Origin: Adineta vaga
Lineage: Eukaryota > Animalia > Rotifera
Length of the DNA stretch: 64,000 nucleotides
Direction of reading: 5' to 3'
NCBI GenBank assembly: GCA_021613535.1
Contig: CP075496.1
Location: 3,906,001 to 3,970,000 of the forward strand
Part shown: positions 1 through 11,640 of the stretch, piece after piece
How the letters are laid out: every line of letters begins with the position of its first letter
Position numbering within the stretch: the first letter of the stretch is position 1
The notes under the pieces: generated by a model
The model's database searches: none
What the model was told of the DNA's origin: nothing
Seen by the model: only the letters and a program-made list of their open reading frames with translations
Program-made: the position numbers and the translations under genes

Positions 1-414
1 ACCTGTCTGATTCTTCCATAGTTTATATATGTAGATTTATACGTACATAAATGGTTTTTCAGCAAAACAACTGAGTGTAACTTACACGCATCGGTGCAAT
101 TGCGTGTCTAGAAGACAAACAGGCAACGGACAATAGCCTCGAAACAAATGCGACGATTTAAACCGAAATCTATCAACTACTGCATATCGAATGAAAATGA
201 AGTAATGAACAAACCTGTATATGAATTCGAATGCAAAAAAACAAACAGACGGACTCAGTCAGGCTTACTCAGGTGAACATTTTCAAAAGAAAACTCTCTT
301 TCATTTTCATTGAATCTCTCAATCGAAAAAGCAAACAAGGGAAATAAACTATCATCTCATCGTTTTCTTACTCGAAATAAAAAGGCAAAACGATAGTTAT
401 CTTAAAACACCTAC

Positions 415-1178
415 CGTGCATATCAGCTTCTTTTTCATATTCAATAAATGCATAACCACGTGGTTTACCCGTTTGAACATCATGCACTAAATTTATCTAA
501 AATAATTCATTCAATAAAGAGATTTTTCAATGTCAATCTTCACATTAACCTACACTTTTTATTTTTCCATAAATTTCAAATTCACGTTTCAATTTCATTT
601 CTGATGTATCATAATTCTAAAAGAAATACAATAATTTAATAGTTTTTTTATGCATATTATCTTACTAATCGAGCAATAAACAATGTTTTGTATGGATCTG
701 CTGTTGCTTTTTCGTTACTATTTGGATCCCCTAGATAAAAAGATCGATTAATAATTTTTCTGAAAATAAATTTAAACAAAAAATGAAATATTACATAGAG
801 TTACTTCTTGTTCGAGTTTAAGAGCTGCTTTTTCCATTTTTTCTCTAGCCTAGAATATAATTAGACAATAATGAATTGTAATTATTGAAAAAATATCGTT
901 AACTTACTTTTCGAGCAATTTTCTCTTCTTTTGTTTCAATTTTCGTTGGTGGTGGAGTTTCATGTGCTTCCTAGAAAAAAACAAGGCAATCCAATAGATA
1001 AATTCTTTAACAAACTTTTCGTTTTCGTTCTTACTTCGAATAAATTCGAAAAATCTGATAAACCTCCGTAAGGTAAACGTTTTTTTTCATGTGGTAATTT
1101 GTCAATTGGCGGTAAAAATGGAATTGATTCACGAGGTGCAAATAATGCCAGGAGATTTGGTGGCAAAAATTGTGTCAT
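415..1178 (-). CDS. SNRNP70: U1 snRNP 70 kDa protein, 5' part; gene continues past the left edge after a long intron
   Basis: [25 protein letters not shown]-terminus. Later exons give [11 protein letters not shown] and [19 protein letters not shown] (RRM RNP1). Donor G|GTAGGT at 414. Confidence 0.95.
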
Positions 1179-1339
1179 TATTCAATGATTAAGATAAAAT
1201 ACAAATCTAGAAAAGATCAACAAAATCAATATTGTGATTTTCCTTTCAATAAATTTTTGTTGTTGTTAATAAGTCTTTTTATTTCTTGTTCTCATTATAG
1301 TAATAATAAAAAGAAAAACAAACAAATAATAAATATTGT

Positions 1340-1807
1340 TTACGCTTTCTTTTTCGAGACACCAACAGTACGACCACGTCGACCGGTTGTTTTCGTATGT
1401 TGACCACGTACACGTAAGTTCCAGTAGTGACGAAGACCACGATGAACACGAATCTTTTTCATACGTTCTAAATCTTCACGAACTTTGGTATCAACATTGT
1501 TCGATGTTACTTGAGAGTATTTGCCATCTTTAATATCTTTTTGTCTGTTGAGAAACCAATCTGGAATTTTATATTGACGTGGATTGGCAATAATAGTTAT
1601 AACACGTTCAACTTCTTCTTCGGTCAATTCACCGGCACGTTTTGTTGCGTCAACATCAGCCTTACGAATAACAACATGAGCAAAACGACGACCAACACCT
1701 TTGATGGCTGTTAAAGCATAACCAACTTTTCGACGACCATCAATGTTTGTGTTCAAAACACGAAGAATATGTTGAAATTTCTCGGGTTGAATCAATGGTG
1801 ATGACAT
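1340..1807 (-). CDS. RPS18: 40S ribosomal protein S18 (uS13), intronless CDS
   Basis: Single [17 protein letters not shown]...[33 protein letters not shown], the canonical eukaryotic S18 sequence. Confidence 0.99.
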   Translation of the reverse strand: MSSPLIQPEKFQHILRVLNTNIDGRRKVGYALTAIKGVGRRFAHVVIRKADVDATKRAGELTEEEVERVITIIANPRQYKIPDWFLNRQKDIKDGKYSQVTSNNVDTKVREDLERMKKIRVHRGLRHYWNLRVRGQHTKTTGRRGRTVGVSKKKA

Positions 1808-2437
1808 TTTTTATTAGAGATGAGTCTTTCTCTTTTTAAATATCTAAAAAGGAGATGATATATGAATGGTATCATAGTTATGATTATGTAGCAAGATCAA
1901 GATTGTAATTGTAATGAACAAGAGAAAAAGAATCAATGAAAATGAAGATGAAAAAATAAACAAGTAAACAAAGATATGAAATAGTTTTTGTCCACTGTCA
2001 ATCATTAAAGAAATTTTTTTCAGTAATTGAAAAAGAAATTTAATTTTCATATTTTATACAGAATTACTTTTTTTTCAAATTATTCAATAGAACAAAGTGC
2101 ATTAGTGTGTAAGATAGTTTTCATTGGAGGAATTGCCATGCAATACTCTATGATTATGGTAGATATTCCTCGAATTCGTCCAACAGTGAATTATTACAAC
2201 AACTAGTTATCATGAATAATAATAGCTTTGATTTATTCTAGTTTATTTCAATTTCCTTGCTTATACTTTCCTAAATCGAAAGTTTTCGTTCAAAATCACG
2301 CCATTAGACTTGTTAATATATCAAAATCATTTCATTGTTAATAATTGAATTTGACAATTAGAACAACAAAGATAATTGTCTGTTTGCATACAATCTAATC
2401 TTAACATATACATTAACTTGATATGGCTTATTTTTAG

Positions 2438-3914
2438 ATGCCACTTTCATTTAAAAAAGCACCACAATCCATCTCCGTTAAATGGAGTGCATCACATTTG
2501 AGTAGTAATCTGGCAATTAATCGTGCGTCAGAAACACGTCGAGCAACAATGTATGGTGTAGCACATAAAAGTGGTTTTACAATGGTAGGTTTGAATAAGA
2601 TAAAACAAATGGTTTATATAAATTTCGTTTAGATAACTGTATCTGAAGATGGTACGAAACAAATACAAGGTCAAGTTATATGTCGACCTGTAGGTAATAA
2701 TAATGCACTTGCATCGGAAAATGACGTTCGTTTTATTCCTTATATTGTTCAAGTAAAGAATTTATAGTTTATCGAACGAAATGATCTAATCTTTTTTATT
2801 TCTGTATTTTGATAGGCAGCATTTATTAATCTACCTATTCGAAATATTCTTGTTCTTGCTTGTACAAAAAGTATTCAAGTATGAAGAATAGAAATTATCG
2901 ATGATTTTTCTTTCTTTTACGTCGCAATTTTATCTAGATTTATGAATTAGATGGTACAACAAATTTGCATACGCATGTCTTAGATAAAAATCATCCAAAT
3001 CGAACGGGTAGAGAAATCAGAAATAAAATTTCATTTTTCATCATCTATTCTTATTGTAGAATCATCAGTCTATGCTCGAGGTATCGCTGGTGTTGGTCAA
3101 AATTTATTATGTGTTGGTAAATAAAGATTTACTTGTTTAAATTGATTATTATCTATTCATTGTTACAGGTAATCATCTAGGTGAAGTACTTGTATTCAAT
3201 ATTCCTCAAAAAGGATCAACGGTGACGTTAAAAGAAACAATAACTGGTATGAAAACTAGAGTCTATACTATTTTTGAAAAAAAAAGTCAACTGTTCGATT
3301 TAGGTCATCAATTTGGTATAACAAGTTTAGTATCAAATGCTAATTTATTAATATCAAGTGATACAAGTGGTTTTATACTTATATGGAATGTTCGCACAAT
3401 GTCACAAATTAATGTTATTCAACCAGTGGATGAAAGTGGTGTTACAGCATTAACCATATGGAATAATTGTATTGCAGCAAGTTACGCAAATGGTATGATT
3501 CGATTTTTTGATCCAGAAAACGGTAAGAACAAGAAAAAGAATGTTAATCTAATGAACTTTGTTCTTTAATTAGCTCAAATCTGTGGTTCGATTGCTGCGC
3601 ATGCTAGATGTATCAATGGAATTGATTGTAATGAACAAGGTCTACTTGCATCTGTTAGTGATGATTGTTTTGTTCGTATATGGAAACTGACTGGTGATGG
3701 TGAAAACTTACAGGTGAGATTTTATTTGACATCTGATCAAACATACATAGGTACAATCGAATTCTTTGATGTGAAATTTTAGATTTCTCATGAATGTAAT
3801 CATCGCATTGAAAATAGTCAATTAGTAGGCGTGAAATTTTTAAATTTATCACGGGCAGATTTAGCTATAGCATCTTATGATTCAAGTGAAGTTACTATTC
3901 TTCGTGCAATATGA
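2438..3914 (+). CDS. WDR54: WD repeat protein, WDR54-like (multi-exon)
   Basis: N-terminus SISVKWSASHLSSNLAI...MYGVAH resembles WDR54. WD repeats include GHQFGITSL...LIWN and AHARCINGID...SVSDDCFVRIWK. Stop TGA at 3912-3914. Confidence 0.75.
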
Positions 3915-4868
3915 GGCAATATCCGAATTATATATCGGATAGTAATTGTTGTAATTTTTACTCATTAATGTATCTTTTTTATGTTGTCTTATCAGTGGTT
4001 TCTAAAGAATGTATGTAACACAACAATGGTATTTTAAATTAAATTTTCAAGAAAGTAAATGTTAGAAAAAGAGTTTTTGTTCATTCTATAGTCAGACTAA
4101 ATGCGTGGTATCGAAATGTTTCTGTTCTATTTGAATTGATCATGATGAACGTTTTCTATTACAAGTCTTTCTGAATTTATCATAGAGAAAACAAATTATG
4201 CTTCGTTTCTCTTAGTTCCCTAGAACAGCCTGTTGAAATGTGTTCTCAATAAAACTATAAAATTCATTGTTATTTATGTCGATAATTAGTGTATGTCGGC
4301 AAAATTTCTATCAACAATGAAGAGTTTTCAAGATGACAACTATTAGAGAAAGACAATTTTGAATTTATAGATTTCTAGTGTTTTGTTAATAATTGTATTT
4401 CATGCCTGTTTCTCACCAGTTAATCAAACGTGATCAAGAATCTCTGGTTTCATAGTTTTAAAAGATAAGTGTTGTATTTCAAATTTAAAATTTTATGAAA
4501 ACTAAACATTGCTAAACTCAAACTTTCGAACTCCAACTGATTTCTACTCAGTTGGATGGCCGTTTGTTGTTCACAGACTTTAATCCAATTTGACCAATCA
4601 TTGTTTAGTTTTGAAGTGTATAGTCAGCTTATTTTCATAGCATTCTCATATCGATTTGATCTTTATTCTATTCGAAATGTTGCTTTTTACAAAACAAAAA
4701 TACCAAATTTTAAATGAATTCTATTTTAAATGATAAGAGAACAAACAAAAAGAAACACTATGTAAGAATATTCATAATCAAACAGGAAATAGATATCAAA
4801 AAATGAACCAGTAGCAATGAAGAATGTACGACACTCAAACATACAATTATTCATTAGAAAAAAACAAG

Positions 4869-4890
4869 CACACACACACACACACACACA
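4869..4890. repeat. (CA)n microsatellite
   Basis: Direct reading: about 11 CA units downstream of the DGK stop codon. Confidence 0.9.
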
Positions 4891-5148
4891 AACGTACAAA
4901 GAATAGTAACATATACAGAAAAATCATCGAACAAAACTAGACGAGAAGAAAAAATAACATCATACATGTCAATCTAATAGACTTCTTTTCTTCAATTTTA
5001 CTTCTACAAATATATAGATATATATATATAGACAGTAGAAATGATTCTTTTTCATATGACTAGAAATGGTGAACAAATTAAATATAGATTTTCATGTCAG
5101 ATGAATTGAAGTTTTCCTTCCAAAAAAAAACTAATCTATGATCATTTT

Positions 5149-6623
5149 TTAAACACGTTTTGCTTGAACTTGTTGAGCTGCTTGACTTCGATCAGTAATA
5201 ATCATCCGTGCTTGATTTTTACGCGTTATAACAATCTGACATGGACCTAATAAAAATGGTTCACCATCTATTTCCATGGGTAAATCTCGTCGAATAATCA
5301 ATTTAATTTCACTTCCTAAAAACCAAGCAATGTAATAAAATAATTCAACAATAAATTTACCTTGTGCTATTCGATGACCACGTCTACCTAATCGAATTCT
5401 TGCTAATTCAAAATGTTTAAAACCAATAATTTCTAAATATCCATCCGAACAACTTTGTTCACGAAAACGATCATCATCAGCTTGAGATCGTGCACACCAA
5501 AGATTATCATAAATTCCTTGCCAAGGATTTGTTCCGGCAGCATAGGATGCAATATTTAATATCAATATCGCATCGGGACGGAAACGAAATAGATCATCAT
5601 CCATATTTCGTCCATCAACATGAAGTTCAAAATAATTTGCAATATTTCCAAATAAATATCGACGATCAAGAAAAGTATTACTAAATAAAATTCATTTGAA
5701 AGAATAAGAAAAGTTAAAATTGAAACATACCAACTAATACAACCATAAGCTAATTTATTGAATACTCGATTTGCATAACGACGTGGACTAGCATTACGTT
5801 TTTCATGAAAATCTAGAGCAATCTGTACATGAATGAATGAAAGATGTTAATAAGAATTCATGGTCAAGAAATCTTTCAACCTACTTGAGCATCGGCACCA
5901 AAACTTAGATAGTTATTAAAAACAGGTTGCGGAATCTAGAAATAAATAAGTACTATTTGATTATTTATCAATTTCAAAAGAAAAAAAACAAACTTTTAAA
6001 CTCGCAGTTCCCGTATTTGCTGTGGCCTTTACATCAATTTGCCATCGATCAAGTAAACGTGATTCTGATGATGCTAATGATTGAATAACTGGTGCTAATG
6101 CTTCACCATGATATCCTACACCCCAACCGAGAAATCTTGCCATATCATTTCCTGTTCCTAATGGAATAACACCAACACTAATAAAATCCATATATTGCAT
6201 TTGTGATGTATCAAGTGCAGATAAAACCCAACCAACTGTTCCGTCACCGCCACATGCTGTATAATATAACAAAAAATTCGTCGAGAAAAACAAATGAGAA
6301 AATTTATGAACAAACCAATAATTCGTAGATTCTTTTCATTTTGATTTTCTTTTAAACCTCGTTGTGGGCCATGATCTTTGACTAAGTCATACACATTTGC
6401 TTCACCGATTTGAGCTCGTAGTTGTTCGAAAACAACTTGCCCTTGTAAACCACCACTAAAACAGAATTTTGTTTTTTGTATTTTATTTAATACATGAAAA
6501 TCATTAAACATACGATTTTGGATTTACAAAGGCAATAATTTTTTCACGATAAGCATCCGTTTCAGTCACTTCCAATAGTGGCTTTTGTACAGTTGTTGAA
6601 TTATCATCACCCGGTGGATCCAT
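5149..6623 (-). CDS. Diacylglycerol kinase with catalytic and accessory domains only
   Basis: Joined exons give MDPPGDD...IIAFVNPKSGGLQG, ACGGDGTVGWV, PLGTGNDMAR, FNNYLSFGADAQIALDFH, LNIASYAAG and MEIDGEPF (DAGKc/DAGKa motifs). Confidence 0.9.
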
Positions 6624-8117
6624 ACTATGATGGATTATTCTTATTAAAGGTTAAATATGAATATTTTGTAATCGTTATTCAAAAGTATATTCTCGACAAT
6701 AAATCACATATAACATCTAAAAATCCACATAACAATTTGTACAAATTCAAAAGAAAGGAACACCACCAGACAGAGCAACAAAAAAAATGTCTTTATCTCA
6801 CAAATAGTAGCAAAACACACTGATAGGTTAGGACATTGTTTACTTTGTTCTAATTGGTCAATTTTGAACCATCATGTTTTCGTCTCCATTTCACAATTGA
6901 TGATTTTTTTCTCTTTCTGCTTGACGAAATCGATTAAGATAATGAATAAATAGAAAAATAAGAGTGTTACTAATCTTATATTTAACTCATCTGCTTGTTA
7001 TTGATGGGAAGAAAAATCAGATAATTTCTCTTTCTTTCTGTTTATTGCACCGACTTAGGAAGCCAACAGCTGGGAACACTTATGTATTTCCAAGATCATA
7101 GCAAAGATCATTTACAGATCAACCGCAAGGAATATATTAATATTATTTTTTCCTTGTTTTTATATCCAAAGCAAATGTCATGATAACATTATTTTTCTTT
7201 AACTATTAATTACTTGGGCAAAACACAAAACTTTTTCTGTATTAATTAAAGCCAAATTCATACATGTATCTAGTAATACTATGCGATTATAGAAGGGAAT
7301 GAAAAACATTGAGTAATTTAATAACAACAAGTAGTTAGAATGTAGAACAAGATTTGATAATCATATAAAGTCAATTATTCAGATGGAATTTGATGATAGG
7401 ATAATATATTTGCGAATGTCGAAAACTTCAATGTTTGTTTACAATAATGTATGGACAAAAATAGCATTTTTCAACGATTCAATAGGACATTGACAGGCTA
7501 GTATCAACGAGGAAAATATAAATTATGTTTGCATCTCATTCAACAATGTTTCTTTCAAAATATCAACATCTTTAATTATAGGTTATTAATTGAGCATATA
7601 AAAGTATTTATCTATATTTATATTCAACATTATGACAATCATATATAGTATAGTAGTATCTTTTGTAACATGACTGGTTATTATCAATTCTGAGATCATC
7701 TTACAGCAGCGATCGATTAAATGGTTTCCATGAAAAGTTCTTTTCCTCCTCGTGTATAACTTAAGAATATCCTCATACTTGCATTAAGTTTGCTTCCATA
7801 TTCAAAGAACAACATTGATTCGTTTAATACGTCTTATTGGAAATATTCATAGTTTTTCTAACGAATATTAATAGTTATAGGAAACACAAGGAAGATTTGA
7901 ATGATAATAATTGAAAAGATTTCTGTTCATTCAACATGTTTAAGAATCTTGCTTATGACCAAATATTCATCTGTGATCGTATTTAGTCGTCCAGAATAAT
8001 AATCATAAAAAAAAATGAAGAAAAAGAAAACAGAACATCAAGAGAAAAGAAGAAGAAATGAAAGATCAACGACACGTTAGACGGGCACAGAAGAGAAAGT
8101 GAATTCTAGAAATTGTT

Positions 8118-9314
8118 CTACATTTCATCATCATCGTCATCTGCTTCTTCCAATGAAGCCTAAAATAAAATAATTACATATATATACATTTAATCAATTA
8201 GCAAAGGATTTCTTACTTTGGCATAGCTTTCAGCTGTTTCAAAGATTCGTGTTGGTACTCTTTCGTGTTTGCCATCATTGACTAAACAACGAAATAAATC
8301 ATTATGATGAGAAATTAATTTTCCTTACTTTGTCCAACCCAACTTAATTCTAATTCAAACATTCGATCTTTAACTTCATCATGGACTTGATAGATACTAG
8401 AATAATGAGATTAATTTATGTGAATTCTAATTGCAAATCATTTTGTTTAATTACATTTTAGCTGCTTCTTTAATACCATCTTCCAAACTCAATTCAGATA
8501 ACTAAAACAAATCATATAATGTAATCTCATTCCTTCTATCTCTTCTTACTTTAAGTTTTTCAATTTCAGTTTTTGCTGTTTGTTGAGCTTTACCAACTGC
8601 AATACCATGATAACCCTAAAATAAATACATCAAAACTTTTCTTTTGCCCATTCAAATTCTTTCTTACATAAGTAACACCAGATGGTTCAACGCCATACAA
8701 TTGTGGACCATCACTTTCATAAGCAGCTAATAGAATAAAACAGCCAAATGGTCGAACAAAACCATATAGAGTATAAGCGTGCATATACATAGCTAAACGA
8801 TCTGCTAAATACTAAAATGAAAATAATGATATTCTTCAAATGATTAATACCCTTCTTCTATTCTACTTACTTTCACAGGAATGGATACGCCATAATCATA
8901 TTTATATTGTTTTGCTTCATCTCGAGCAACAGATAACAATTGACGAGCATCAGCAAGAAGACCCGCAACCGACTAAAATAAATTATTATCCAAATGTCAA
9001 TAAAAAAATTTTTTGTTATTTTATTGAAAACAAACCATTCCAATATGTTTATCAACATTATGAATACGTTTACTAGAACCTGATTCATAAAGACGTGATG
9101 TAATAACTTTTTCTACAGCAAAGGCGACTCCATCTTTGCATCGTAAAGCAACTACCGTTCCGCTTGCTTCAACAGCTTTATTCGCATATTCAACTTGAAA
9201 AACACGACCATCCGGTGAAAATTGTGATGCACTTAAATCATACTAATCAAACAAACAGATTGAGAAAAAAAACATTTGATTTTTTTTACATACTCCTGAA
9301 CCAATTGATGACAT
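8118..9314 (-). CDS. PSMA3: 20S proteasome subunit alpha-7 (alpha type 3)
   Basis: [48 protein letters not shown], and acidic tail [11 protein letters not shown]. Confidence 0.97.
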
Positions 9315-9744
9315 TGTCTTATTGAATTAAAATTGAATAAAAATGTTTGTATGTCTATGTGTTTTTCTTTTCCTAAATCTGAAAGGTAATTCTTTGAGAA
9401 AAGACAATCACAGTTACAGTTAAACAAAACATAAATACACCCGTCTAAACATATCGAAAGAATAGGAAATATTCTGATTGGTTCGTTTGACTTTTACCAA
9501 CTTTTCCATTCTTTCTTTTAATCAAATGAACGAATGGATTTGTCGCTTCATTCTGAAACATTCATTTAACAAAAGCAATTACAATTTTCATATTTCAGAA
9601 GAGAAGCAGACTTCTACAAAACAAAATACTGAATAGATCTCGTATGCACTTCATTGTTGAAATAATTAATAAATAGCAAAAGTGTCATTTGTTTCTCTCT
9701 GTGTGTCATTGATATACGTACAAGATTTTGATTCATTTTAGAGA

Positions 9745-11568
9745 ATGTTTTCACTAAAAGAAATCTTTTTTCGACCACTTGAATGTCAACCAAATATCAA
9801 TACTTTACATATATACCGACATCCAAAGACTGGAAATCAACAAATCTTTCTATTTGGTCTCGATGGTGCCGGTGTGGTTGTTGAATATATTAAAAAAACA
9901 AATGAATGTAAACCATATCCAATATCTTTACAAGATATTCAAGGTATATGATTTCTATGAAATTCTATTTTTTATTCGTTAGCTTTCAGCTGATTGTCGA
10001 ATATTAAGTATGGAACTTTTACCAACTACGAAGTATAATACATATCCAACAATTATATATGGATATGCAAAAACAACTGGTTTATCAGTATGTATTTTTT
10101 TTCCTCAGTTAATTGCAAATATATTGATATATTTTGATCTAGAACAATGATGAGAGTACAACTTACCATTTTGATCGTGTACAAATTGTGGATAATACTA
10201 TCAGTAGTATAATACAACGATCTTTTATCTCATGTTAAATGTTATTTTTTCTAGAACCAACGATGCAAAGTCGTGCGTTAACATTTGCTCCGAAATTTCT
10301 TAAAACAATTATGTATGTAAAAAAACATATTGAAATCGAATATGAAAGTTAATTTGTTTGTCTTTCTTCTAGTACAAAAAATTTTACTACTAATGAGAAT
10401 GAAGTTATTCTCGTTATATCTGGTGGTGATAGACTAGCATTTTACAGCGAAGTAAGTGATGGTACTACGATTATTGCATACGATGACTATGACAAAATGT
10501 TAGAAAGAATGATTATGTTCAGTGTACTTATTTGATGAAATTAGAATATATCAAATGCATCGTTTTGAGATTGAAAATTGTTTTTTTTTCGGTCTATTTT
10601 GTAGTAAAAAGAGTTCGATTTATTTTATGTGTTATCTAGAAAAATGAACGATTACTACAAGATATTACAAAAATCATTGATATCTATCTTCCAGAACTTA
10701 GTCATACCAGTGGCAAGTAATACAAATTTGTTCGATATATTTAGAGAAAATTTTGAATTCATTTTTCTTCATTTAGTATATGTGCAATGGATATTTTAAC
10801 TATATCTGATCCTGAGACTAATCAATTAAAACAACGATTAATTGCTTGTGGTCATTCGGATGGTTTACTAGATTTGTATATAACCGATGTGCAAATAGAT
10901 GGAGGAATTAAAACTACACATAAAACAGTTGAATTTGATAGTTTTATCAGTAGTATTAAATTTTTCTACTATAATCAAAAACCACTTGAAGGTAAACATT
11001 ATTTCATCGTTTGTACCATGTTAATTCAATTATTTCCCTAGATGAACAACCACATTTACTAGTGACTAGTGCACTTGAACCAGCTGTTGTCTATCGGTAG
11101 ATAGAAAAACTTTCGATAATTTCTTTCAAATCATTGTATTGTAGAAATATCACACTAAATATCTTTACTGATCCAGTAGTACTTTCGGGTACTGATTCTC
11201 AAGATTGTATAACATCAAGTTGTGTTTGTGATATTGATCTTGATGGAAAAAATGAAATTCTATTAGGTACATTTGGTAGATATTGTTTCATTTGTCGTGT
11301 ACCAATAGAAAACCGTAAAACAAATCTGATCGACGGATTAACATTTGTTGGTGAAATATTTCCTGTATGTCGTGCATTATCTTTAGCAGCATCTGCCTAT
11401 GGTATTCTTGCATGTGATTTTACAAATGATGATCTTGATGAAATAATTATTGCGACAACGAAAGGTTTACATGTCTATCAATTAGATTTGAGTGAAGTTG
11501 TTAAATTAGTTGAAAATCGTTTAGACAAGAAAAGAAATGGAAATGAAAATACGTCCAATGTGCATTAA
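9745..11568 (+). CDS. KPTN: Kaptin (KICSTOR subunit), FG-GAP-like repeats
   Basis: C-terminal LSGTDSQDCITSSCVCDIDLDGKNEILLGTFG...DFTNDDLDEIIIATTKGLHVYQ matches the kaptin pattern. HLLVTSALEPAVVYR is also present. Internal exons are approximate. Confidence 0.8.
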
Positions 11569-11640
11569 ATTTCATCTTAATATTTTTACTTTTTTTTCTT
11601 CTTCTTCTAGATAAAGTTTTTAGATATAAACAACGAAGAT

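Noticed and set aside
2425-2437. GGCTTATT before the WDR54 ATG, reminiscent of the start of the rotifer SL leader as I recall it
   Set aside because: Only 8 nt match, with no donor or Sm site after it. No SL RNA gene was found in the window.
4243-4350. Imperfect ~110-nt inverted repeat (TTCATTGTT...AACAATGAA)
   Set aside because: AT-rich with many gaps; no TSD, no second copy in the window and no recognisable RNA motif.
4532-4556. 9-bp perfect hairpin TCCAACTGA/TCAGTTGGA
   Set aside because: Isolated. No Helitron-type end could be supported, and bacterial terminator logic does not apply to this eukaryotic DNA.
7660-7715. TGAGATCAT at 7691 resembles the bantam miRNA 5' end, with partial upstream complementarity
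   Set aside because: The stem is short and interrupted, the 3' half does not resemble bantam, and an AT-rich 9-mer is expected by chance in a window this size.
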